Below, piece by piece: positions 56,095-64,000 of a stretch of DNA of 64,000 nt. The stretch comes from Candidatus Dormiibacterota bacterium. Lineage in GTDB: Bacteria > Chloroflexota > Dormibacteria > Aeolococcales > Aeolococcaceae. Position 1 is the stretch's first letter; the number at the start of each line of letters is the position of its first letter. Where the stretch lies: positions 1,760,001-1,824,000 of the forward strand of contig OY970355.1 in assembly GCA_963718525.1 (NCBI GenBank), given 5' to 3'. The translations under genes and the position numbers were made by a program. A model generated the notes under the pieces. The model saw only the letters and a list, made by a program, of their open reading frames with translations. It did no database searches and was not told where the DNA came from.

Positions 56095-56500
56095 CAATGG
56101 TCCCAGCGCCTCTGAGCAGTTCTCCTGCGCCAACGCCTTCCACTCGGCCGGAGTGAATGCCGAAGGCGGATGGCTGCATGCCCTGACTTGAGTGTCGCGA
56201 GCATTCCGCCATTGTATGGGGATATTCCGACGCCGCTCGTGTCATCGCCGGCCTTTCGATGAAGATCGGCGGCTTCTCCCCGCCGGGCCACCCGCCTTGC
56301 GCGCGATGGAGGCAGGGCCGCGAGGTGCTAGTGCATCGCCACGCCGGTATCGAACGGACACCCATGGTGGTGTACGCGGCCGTTCTCATGCTGGGCTGGT
56401 CACTGACGGACGCATATCCGCATGTTACCGAGCCCCGTCCCGAATCGGCGCCGACTAACGGCCAGCTGGCCACCCTCATTGCCTTGGCTGCCGAGCTCTC
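56095..56500 (+). pseudogene. Degenerate second dual-specificity phosphatase
   Basis: EVLVHRHAGIERTPMVVYAAVLMLGWSLTDAY aligns with EVVYIHCRAGVQRAPLVACAVLMQMGWSLADAY; catalytic Cys replaced by Arg; 5' part broken; boundaries approximate. Confidence 0.65.
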
Positions 56501-56865
56501 GGCGCGTGAAGACTCGCCCTCGCCCCAAGGTACTCGCCGGTATCGGACGCTGGAGTCCCGCAGGAGGTGCGTGTGCTCAGGGTCTGAGCGGCGGTTATCG
56601 AAGCAATCTCGGAGCGCGTCGCGCAACTCGGTCTCAGCAGAGCGCGGTGGCATCCGAGGCACGAGGGGACTTGAGGGTCGCCATGTCCCGGGGCATGCTT
56701 TCTGAGTAGAAGCGTGGCCACTGTTACGTGATGATGCGCTCCGGCGCGGCCAAGTAGAGGAGGCGCCAAGACTCAGTCGAGGGGGTTTCGGCTGATGGAC
56801 GGACATGGGTGAGGATCCGGAGTGAGCTTCCCGCGGAACGGCTTGGTGTCAGCTATCGGCTGACG

Positions 56866-58776
56866 TCATGAGCAGGCGGACTCGATCAGGCGCCGCCGCA
56901 CGATCTCGGGCTCACTCTCATTGGCGAGTGATTGAAGAAGCGCCACCAGGGACGCGAGGTCCTCGCGATTGATGATGCGATTGCGCGCGATTTCGCTAAC
57001 CTTGGGGTGCTCTGTGGATGCTGGCGATTCGGACGCGCCCACCAGGGCCTCCTGCATCCGCTCACCTGGCCGCAAGCCGGTGAACACGATCTCGATGTCC
57101 TCCGGCACGCGCAGACCATGCAACTGCGCCAGACGCGTGGCCACCTTGACGATGGGCACATCCTCTCCCATGTCGAGTACATAGATGCAGCCGGGCCGCG
57201 CAATAACGGCGCTCTGCAGAACGAGGCGCACGGCCTCGTCCACAGACATGAAGTAGCGATAGACGTCCGGGTGGGTGACCGTCAACGGGCCACCCCTCGT
57301 AATCTGCTGCTCAAAGCGCGGGAGCACGCTCCCCCGGCTGCCGATCACATTGCCGAAGCGCACTGCGGTAAACAGGGTCTTTGAGTCCCGGAGGCTCGCC
57401 ATCATCAGCTCGCCGAGTCGTTTCGACGCACCCAACACGCCGACGGGGTCGACGGCCTTGTCGGATGAGATGAGCACGAAGGTCTCGACAGCCGCCTGCT
57501 CAGCCGCATTCGCGCAAATCCAGGTTCCGAGCACATTGACCCGCACGGCCTCGTGTGGCTGACTCTCCAGGAGGTCAACGTGCTTGAGGGCAGCAGCGTG
57601 AATAACGACCTGAGGATGCATCTCGTCGAAGACACGATGAATACCCGCCTCGTCCTGTACCGTTCCGAGTCGTAGATGGAGTGCCGTTCCTGTCGGCCCC
57701 AGGGCGTCTCGAAGATCGGTGAGCCCGCTCTCGTTGTTGTCAAACATTGTGATCGAGACTGGGTCGAGCGAACGGATCTGACGCACGAGCTCGCTGCCGA
57801 TGGACCCAGCGGCGCCGGTCACCAAGATCCGCTTGCCCTGGAAGCCGGCGCGCAGTGCCTCTATGTCGACTGCGACCTCAGCACGGTCCGTAAGGTCTTC
57901 CATAGCCACGTCGCGAAGCGGCAGCCGCCCTGCGCTGCCGGTGAGCAGCTCATGCATGGAGGGCATGACGAGCACGCGCGCCCCGCCCATGCTGCCCATG
58001 CGGCTCAATACGCGAATCTGGTCGGGTGTCAGAGAGGGCACAGCGATGGCGAGGTTCTGGGCGCTCGACCGTTTCAAGATGGCGGCGATGTCATCGCGAG
58101 AGCCGAGCACCCGAAGGCCGGCGACATCGCGACCGATCTTGCGGCGATCGTCATCGAGGAAGGCGACAGGACGGTACCGCCCACGCTCCTCCTGTAGCTG
58201 GTGGAACAGGGCCACGCCTGCCGAGCCTGCGCCGAAGATGACCAGGGGCTCGCCCCAGGTTCTGCGCGGCACCGCCGTTTGCAGGCGCGAGAGTCCCATG
58301 AGTTGGCCAATCGCCAGATAGCCGAGGCTCCCGCCAATAGCTAGTGCCGATAGGGGGATCGGACGATTAGCACGCAACGGTCCCAGCTCCACAACGGCGA
58401 TCAGCAGCACACACGTAGCGACGGTGAGAGCGAGCTGCACCATATCCCGCACTGACGCGAACCGCCAGACAATCCGGTACGAGCGGAAGACCAAGACGCT
58501 CGCGGTGTAGGTCGCCGTGATGACGCCGATGCTCAATAGGCTTCGAACACCGACGTACTCACTGGGGATGCGGCCGCCGTAGCGCACCAAGAATGCCAAT
58601 GCGAAGGCGACGTTGAGGATGATGACCTCGACGAACCAGTCGAAGCCATGGATGCGCAGGCCATCGAGAAGGTAGATCAGACCGGCTCGCTGCGTTGGCG
58701 GCGAGGGGGGCGCAGCGACGTCGCTCTGCCTGATCTCCCGTCCCTCCTCTGCGGTCGCGTCCTTAACCGTTGACAA
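56866..58776 (-). CDS. Second CapD/PglF-like nucleoside-diphosphate-sugar dehydratase
   Basis: IFGAGSAG, AFLDDD, TGAAGSIGSEL, SSDKAV, RFGNVIGSRGSV, GLRPGE. Confidence 0.9.
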   Translation of the reverse strand: MSTVKDATAEEGREIRQSDVAAPPSPPTQRAGLIYLLDGLRIHGFDWFVEVIILNVAFALAFLVRYGGRIPSEYVGVRSLLSIGVITATYTASVLVFRSYRIVWRFASVRDMVQLALTVATCVLLIAVVELGPLRANRPIPLSALAIGGSLGYLAIGQLMGLSRLQTAVPRRTWGEPLVIFGAGSAGVALFHQLQEERGRYRPVAFLDDDRRKIGRDVAGLRVLGSRDDIAAILKRSSAQNLAIAVPSLTPDQIRVLSRMGSMGGARVLVMPSMHELLTGSAGRLPLRDVAMEDLTDRAEVAVDIEALRAGFQGKRILVTGAAGSIGSELVRQIRSLDPVSITMFDNNESGLTDLRDALGPTGTALHLRLGTVQDEAGIHRVFDEMHPQVVIHAAALKHVDLLESQPHEAVRVNVLGTWICANAAEQAAVETFVLISSDKAVDPVGVLGASKRLGELMMASLRDSKTLFTAVRFGNVIGSRGSVLPRFEQQITRGGPLTVTHPDVYRYFMSVDEAVRLVLQSAVIARPGCIYVLDMGEDVPIVKVATRLAQLHGLRVPEDIEIVFTGLRPGERMQEALVGASESPASTEHPKVSEIARNRIINREDLASLVALLQSLANESEPEIVRRRLIESACS

Positions 58777-58819
58777 TAGTCCTTGCGGGAACGACTAATT
58801 GCCCTTCGGCGAGCCTAGT

Positions 58820-59341
58820 TTAGCCGCGAAGACGCCTTAGCGATAACCCGCCGCCAGCGAGCACCAGCACAGCTGCAGCGAACAAGCCCCAGAGCCAGGT
58901 CGGTGTGCTTGGTGGTATCGCGCCGGTAGGGGGTAGCGTGCCGCCCGTGCAAGGCACCGTGACCGTCGCGGAAGCCGTGGCGGGTGCACTCGTTGCGGTC
59001 ACGGTAAAAGTGCCACACCGCGTGGTCCCACAGGACACGGCGGTACTCACGTTGCCGCTCGAGTTGGTGCTTCCCGTCGTCGGGCTGGCCGAACAGGTGC
59101 TCAGCCCAGCTACGCCAAAGCTGACGAGAGCTCCGGTCACCGGCTGCCCGCTGGCGTTCACGAAGTTGAATTCGTAGGCGCAGGACTTACCGGGGGCGAC
59201 CTTCGAACACCCCGAGACGAGGGTGGCGCTGGCGGCTGGCGGCGGGTACGCCAAGACCAAAGTGGTTACGGCCAATACGGCCGCGCCGGCGAGGCCCACG
59301 CTGAGAGCCAACCGTCCGAGGGGGCCCGGGCCCAGTTTCAT
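58820..59341 (-). CDS. Small LPXTG-anchored Cys-rich Ig-like (Big_1-like) surface protein
   Basis: Signal peptide; VNASGQPVTGALVSF...STNSSG Big_1-like pattern; LPPTG + TM + RRLRG sorting signal; GGAGG SD. Confidence 0.82.
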   Translation of the reverse strand: MKLGPGPLGRLALSVGLAGAAVLAVTTLVLAYPPPAASATLVSGCSKVAPGKSCAYEFNFVNASGQPVTGALVSFGVAGLSTCSASPTTGSTNSSGNVSTAVSCGTTRCGTFTVTATSAPATASATVTVPCTGGTLPPTGAIPPSTPTWLWGLFAAAVLVLAGGGLSLRRLRG

Positions 59342-59414
59342 GGTCACACGTGATCCTCCACCCCCCCTTCTTGAGGTGACCAGTGCACCCTAGCACACCT
59401 GTACGTTTCTGACG

Positions 59415-60020
59415 CTACGTTTCCGTAGCGATCACGATGTAACGGGGCTCGTACGCGGTGTAAGACACGCAGGTCAGTAGGGTCAGTTCCGGGAACGCCG
59501 TCGGCGCGAGCACCGACCAGTCATTGAAGCTCACCACCTTGAGTGCGGCCACGCGAAACACGAGCTGTGAGCCGTTCTTGAGGATCACGCGGACCTGGTC
59601 GCCCAAGTGCAGAAGATGCAGACCCAGGAACATCCCTCGCTGATCGTGGGCGTAGTAGACAGCGTTGCCCGGCGCGCCGGGCTGAGCAGTGCCAGGGTAG
59701 TGAGCCGCGAGGTCGATTGGCACGTGGATGCCATCCCCTGGGACGACGCCGATGTTGATCTGGGCCGCCGGCACGATGATCCGAACCGTCACTGATATAC
59801 CGGCCGGCAGGGGAGTCGACGTTGGGACACCTGACGACGGAAGGTCTAGTGGTGGCGAGGCGACATAGGCGGGGTCAGATGGTGCGGGTCGCAGCGCAAA
59901 GACGAGCGCCACGACACCGGCCAGGAGCGCCACCGCCATGACGCTGAGGATCCGGAGTTGCCGAGGGGTCAGTCGGCGTCCCCGCTTAGCTCGGCGACGC
60001 CGAATCTGTGGGTCGCTCAT
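59415..60020 (-). CDS. Sortase
   Basis: N-terminal TM; HYPGTAQPGAPGNAVYYAH; LTLLTC; downstream Arg (EPRYIV). Confidence 0.9.
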   Translation of the reverse strand: MSDPQIRRRRAKRGRRLTPRQLRILSVMAVALLAGVVALVFALRPAPSDPAYVASPPLDLPSSGVPTSTPLPAGISVTVRIIVPAAQINIGVVPGDGIHVPIDLAAHYPGTAQPGAPGNAVYYAHDQRGMFLGLHLLHLGDQVRVILKNGSQLVFRVAALKVVSFNDWSVLAPTAFPELTLLTCVSYTAYEPRYIVIATET

Positions 60021-60118
60021 CAATTCAGCATGGTAGCCTAGGCAAACGTACAATCCTCGCGAGAGCGCGCTCGCGCGTCCAGCCAAGAGACGTAGCTCCT
60101 GAGGAAGGCGACCCACTA

Positions 60119-61807
60119 ATGCAACCGCAGCAGCTCCGAAAGCTCGCCCGGCGATGGGCCATTCCGGTGGCGTTCATCACCGTTGTAGCCGGGATCATCG
60201 GCTTCGCCGTGGCTAAGCATGCAACCCCGATCTATCAGGCGGATGCCACGGTCCTTGTCGTCGCCGGGCCGCAATCGACTAACAATTCGGCCGTCCCGCT
60301 GAGCCCTGACGAGGCCACCGCCACCGCGGCCGCGCTCATGAAAGCGCCACCGACGCTGCAGCAGGTCATCAATGAGCTCCATCTCGGCGTCAATACCGAC
60401 CAGTTGGCCAAGCAGGTCACTACTACGCCCGAGACGGGTACGGAGCTGGTCGATGTTGCGGTCCAGGATCCCAGCCCGACAAAGGCGGCCCTGATCGCCA
60501 ACACGCTGGCAACCGCCTACTCCGATGCAGTGACCAACCAGAACGCCCTGCGGGTAAATAAGTTGGGAGCGGCGCTGCTGCAGCAGATCGCGAACGTGAC
60601 CAATACCTTGCAGAGTGAGGATGCACAGCTTGCCAAGGCCGACAGGCAGCACGCCGACACGACTGCGATCACCGCCGAAATCACCGGCACCACGAACCTG
60701 CTAAGCACGCTTACCGCCAACTACAGCAACTTCCAATCGACGCAGGAGCAGAATCTCGTGACCGTATCGGTAGCGGCGCCTGCCTCGGTGCCGGTGACCC
60801 CGGTTTCGCCGAAGGTGCTGCTCGACGTGCTCCTCGCCCTTTTTGCGGGCCTGCTGGTCGGCCTGGGGGTAGTCGCGGCATTTGAATACTTCGATCAGGG
60901 CCTGCACACCGAGCAGGATGTCCGAGAACTCCTCGGCGTCACGTGCCTCGCGATCGTGCCACGATTCGAGCCCAACCAACGATCCGCGGCGAGTAAGCGG
61001 CGCCAGCGCAGCGCCAATGAGGCCTATAGCCGCTTGCGCACCAACCTCCTGTTCGCCGAGTTGGACCGGCCGCTCAGGAGCATCGTGGTCACGTCCTCGC
61101 GCGCGGGCGAGGGCAAGACGCGGACCGCGGCCAACCTCGCGGTCTCCTTGGCGGCGAGTGAGAAGTCTATCCTGCTGCTCGACGCGGACATGCATCGCCC
61201 GTCCCTGCATCGGATGTTCGGACGGCCCCTCACCGGCGGCATGTCGGACATGCTCCTGGCCTCAGGCCGGGGCGCCCCACTCCTCGATAGTTCCTACGCG
61301 ACCGCTTACCGGCACCTCTCCCTTGTGACGTGCGGGGTGCAGCCGCCGAATCCGTCGGAGCTGATGGCGTCGCCGCGGGCGGCGGCCCTACTCCAAGGGC
61401 TTGAATTCCAGCGAGACGTGGTCGTCATCGATACTCCGCCGGTGCAGGCGGTCACAGACGCGCTCAGCATCAGCGCGCACGCAAGCGGCGTGATCGTGGT
61501 GGTGGAATCTGGCAAGACCAACGCCGATCAGGTGCGCGCCGTCATCGACTCTCTGCACAAGGTTGGCGCCACAGTGCTCGGTGTCGTGCTCAACAAAGCC
61601 AACCAGCGCAGCATGCGCAGCTACTACTACTACGATTACGGACCATCCAGTCAGAAGTCATCCGATGTTGCCCTTGTGCCGCCCCCACCACCACCGCCGC
61701 CGGCAAGTCCCGAAGGCAAAGGGAACGGTGTGTCCGTCAATGGCGAGGCTCACCGCGGCGCGAGAAGCGAGAAGGAGCGGTCGATTGAGAGGTCGGAGGT
61801 CCAGTGA
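60119..61807 (+). CDS. wzc: Wzc/CpsCD-type polysaccharide co-polymerase tyrosine autokinase
   Basis: Wzz-like N-terminus with 2 TMs; SSRAGEGKT, LLDADMHRP, IDTPP; Tyr cluster SYYYYDY. Confidence 0.9.
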   Translation: MQPQQLRKLARRWAIPVAFITVVAGIIGFAVAKHATPIYQADATVLVVAGPQSTNNSAVPLSPDEATATAAALMKAPPTLQQVINELHLGVNTDQLAKQVTTTPETGTELVDVAVQDPSPTKAALIANTLATAYSDAVTNQNALRVNKLGAALLQQIANVTNTLQSEDAQLAKADRQHADTTAITAEITGTTNLLSTLTANYSNFQSTQEQNLVTVSVAAPASVPVTPVSPKVLLDVLLALFAGLLVGLGVVAAFEYFDQGLHTEQDVRELLGVTCLAIVPRFEPNQRSAASKRRQRSANEAYSRLRTNLLFAELDRPLRSIVVTSSRAGEGKTRTAANLAVSLAASEKSILLLDADMHRPSLHRMFGRPLTGGMSDMLLASGRGAPLLDSSYATAYRHLSLVTCGVQPPNPSELMASPRAAALLQGLEFQRDVVVIDTPPVQAVTDALSISAHASGVIVVVESGKTNADQVRAVIDSLHKVGATVLGVVLNKANQRSMRSYYYYDYGPSSQKSSDVALVPPPPPPPPASPEGKGNGVSVNGEAHRGARSEKERSIERSEVQ

Positions 61808-63699
61808 CGCGTCGGGGCGCCAGGCATCGTGATACTGACAGCGATCGGCCAGGTCAGGGCATCCGTCTGCTTGGTCCATACGAGGGTGTACTGCTCCGGT
61901 GCCTTTGAGATGTCGGCAAATGGACCTTCGTAGTTGAGTGTGATCGTGGCATTGCCGCCATAGGGGACAATCAGCCAGTAGCCGATTTCCTCGCGCTGGA
62001 AGTCGAAGCTGACAGCTTCTGGTGCCACTTGCTTCGGGGCACTTCCGTCGATGCTGACGGTCAATGCGTCGACCTGTGCCGTCTCGGGGACGACGACTTG
62101 CACGTAGTCGCGGTACGCGCCGCCTGAGTTGATCATCAGATGCGCGTTCGCGGGATTCTTCTGTATCGGGTCTTGGTAGGTGATAGCGAGCCGGTCGTGC
62201 ACCTGGCCGTCGGCACCCACCGATGCCTCGAAGCTGAGCTGCCGGGTCACGAAGAGATCGCCCTTCGTCCCCGAAAGGTTGCCGTCGGCAACCTCGAGTG
62301 CGTCTGACAACGGCGAGACGACCTGTCCACCAGCGCCGGCGCCGGTGACCAAATCCTCGAGCTGGGCGTTAGCAAAGAAGAACGTTATGTGTTTCTGTTG
62401 CGCAGACACGGCGAGGCTCTGGGCGAGCGCGGGCATCTGTCCCAGCGGCGCATGGAGGAGTCGGTCGAGTACGGCACGGCCGAAGGGCGGCAGGTACACC
62501 TTGCCCGGGTCGCCGGGCCGCGCTTTGTTGGTGATGTAGTTCAGCTCCAGGAGCACATTGCTACCCGTGATGATCTGAGGATACGGGGGCACTGTGATTT
62601 GGCCGGTGATGTCCAGAACGCCCGCAAGCGCCACCGGATCGACCTCGATGACCCCATCAGGGTGCACGCCGGTGGCGGCTGTGTAGATCCGCTCCACGGC
62701 GGCAGCAGCGGTGGGAAAATCGAGTGACCAGCCTGCGTCCGCTAGCTCCCAGGGGTGGCCGCGAAATAGGTGGACATTCAGAGGGGTCGGCGTCGGGATA
62801 TGGGTGACCAGCGGGTCGCTGAACGTCGAGTCTCTAAAGGTGTTCGCGGTCAACGCGCCATCGTTGAAATCCAGCTGCCCGACGGCGCCGATGTAACCCC
62901 CACCGGGTCGCTCCTCACCCGGATTGGCGAGCAGGAGCAGGTAGGAGTGGTGCCCTGGACCGATCGCGGCCGGCAGCGCCCGCAAGATAGAGATCGCGGG
63001 TAACGCGGCAGTGACGAGGCTAGCGCCGTCGCGCTGCAGGGTCTGGCGGGCTGACTGCAGGGGACCAAGGAGCGATTCGGCAGGGATCTTCCTGATGTCG
63101 CTGCTCAGGGCGTTGAGCCGCGACTGCGCGGACGCGAGTATGGGTGCGCTCTGGGTGGCGATGCGCGCCATGCGCTGCAGGAGCGTCTGTTGTGCGGTGC
63201 CAGGATCAGCCAACTGCGCGGCGAGCCCGACCAGGCTGGCGCCCGCCGCGGCAGCGTCCTCCCCCGCCGTTCGAAGCGAGCGCGCTGCCTGCAGCTGGTC
63301 TCCCACCCACGGCAGGCGAGCCGAAATGTCGGCGATCCAGCCGTCGCCCAGGATGCTCGACTTGGCTCCAAAGTCGGCCGCCGCGCTGACCAGTAGGGCG
63401 TTCGCCTGGTCGATCCGATGCGGATCGATGTGTGTGAGATCACCGACGAGGAGGGTTCGCGCTTCCTCAGCGGCGTTGCGCCCCTGCTGGAGAGCCTGGA
63501 CGGCGGGCACGTAGCGCGCGCCGACGTCGACCATCCCGGCGGCAACGAGGACCGCGACCGCGAGCAGGGGCCAGCGCAGGGTGTGCCAACCCAAGTACCG
63601 CAGCCACCTCCGCCGCTGGCTTCGCTTTCGCCTCCGCTTCTGGCCACCACTCGGTCGCGCCGTAACGATCTCATCCAAGGAACGGGGAGAGGAGGGCAC
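61750..63699 (-). CDS. Second DUF4012 domain membrane-anchored protein
   Basis: YLLLLANPGEERPGGGYIG, PDGVIEVDPVAL, NLSGTKGDLFV; clear paralog of 30235-32037. Confidence 0.85.
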   Translation of the reverse strand: MPSSPRSLDEIVTARPSGGQKRRRKRSQRRRWLRYLGWHTLRWPLLAVAVLVAAGMVDVGARYVPAVQALQQGRNAAEEARTLLVGDLTHIDPHRIDQANALLVSAAADFGAKSSILGDGWIADISARLPWVGDQLQAARSLRTAGEDAAAAGASLVGLAAQLADPGTAQQTLLQRMARIATQSAPILASAQSRLNALSSDIRKIPAESLLGPLQSARQTLQRDGASLVTAALPAISILRALPAAIGPGHHSYLLLLANPGEERPGGGYIGAVGQLDFNDGALTANTFRDSTFSDPLVTHIPTPTPLNVHLFRGHPWELADAGWSLDFPTAAAAVERIYTAATGVHPDGVIEVDPVALAGVLDITGQITVPPYPQIITGSNVLLELNYITNKARPGDPGKVYLPPFGRAVLDRLLHAPLGQMPALAQSLAVSAQQKHITFFFANAQLEDLVTGAGAGGQVVSPLSDALEVADGNLSGTKGDLFVTRQLSFEASVGADGQVHDRLAITYQDPIQKNPANAHLMINSGGAYRDYVQVVVPETAQVDALTVSIDGSAPKQVAPEAVSFDFQREEIGYWLIVPYGGNATITLNYEGPFADISKAPEQYTLVWTKQTDALTWPIAVSITMPGAPTRHWTSDLSIDRSFSLLAPR

Positions 63700-63881
63700 C
63701 GCGTGGAGTGTAGTGGGCGTTTGGGAGCGTGACAGCTTGGGCGCTGGCGGTCACGGCCTGATAGCGCCGAGCCACCGATCCGGCCTCCGACGCCGATTCC
63801 TCGGCTGTACCGCGCTGCGCCGCTTTAGTAACCGGAACATCCGCCCGATGGTCACGACAGCCGTCGAATCATGAGTCCACG

Positions 63882-64000
63882 ATGAAGCGTTGGTTGATGA
63901 GCGCGCTCCTGACGGCGACAGCCTGTGCTGGGTTTGGGTCGACGTCAGCCAACGCCACGACCGTCACCACTGTCAGCGGGCGGTTCGTCGCGCTGGCTGG
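63882..64000 (+). CDS. 5' end of a secreted protein (runs off the window)
   Basis: MKRWLMSALLTATACAGFGSTSANA-TT signal peptide with AxA cleavage site; frame open to the edge. Confidence 0.55.
   Translation, partial: MKRWLMSALLTATACAGFGSTSANATTVTTVSGRFVALA

Overview
GC-rich bacterial chromosomal window. Gene content (clpS-DUF2017, clpC, UPF0182, Gram-positive-type LexA box, sortase) suggests a monoderm Terrabacteria soil lineage such as Ca. Dormibacterota/Chloroflexota or Actinomycetota (inference). 1-29.2 kb is mostly core genes: a broken ECF sigma/anti-sigma pair, clpS, rpsA, clpC, amidohydrolase, uvrA, UPF0182, two MBL-fold genes, an HtrA-like gene, pyrG, a glpX-like gene, lipid genes (acyltransferase, plsY-like, degV, UPF0104) and a GntR-ABC module. 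Several of these ORFs are intact but lack catalytic residues, and many look leaderless. 29.5-63.7 kb is a ~34 kb Wzx/Wzy surface-polysaccharide locus. Its core holds a PglF/PglE/PglD/PglC-like amino-sugar pathway interleaved with two SDRs, a split transketolase, ACP, AMP-ligase, LuxE, LuxC and AcpS. It is bracketed by duplicated modules: a Cys-rich Ig-like surface protein, DUF4012 and a CapD-like dehydratase at each end, plus a sortase and a Wzc kinase on the right. The best candidates for an undescribed system are (i) the sortase/LPXTG-protein/DUF4012 module as a possible glycan-anchoring system and (ii) the LuxCE-transketolase-ACP cassette as a source of an unusual sugar substituent. Several single-base frameshifts may be sequencing errors. 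No rRNA, tRNA or CRISPR array was seen. All family calls come from motif recognition by eye, with no database search.
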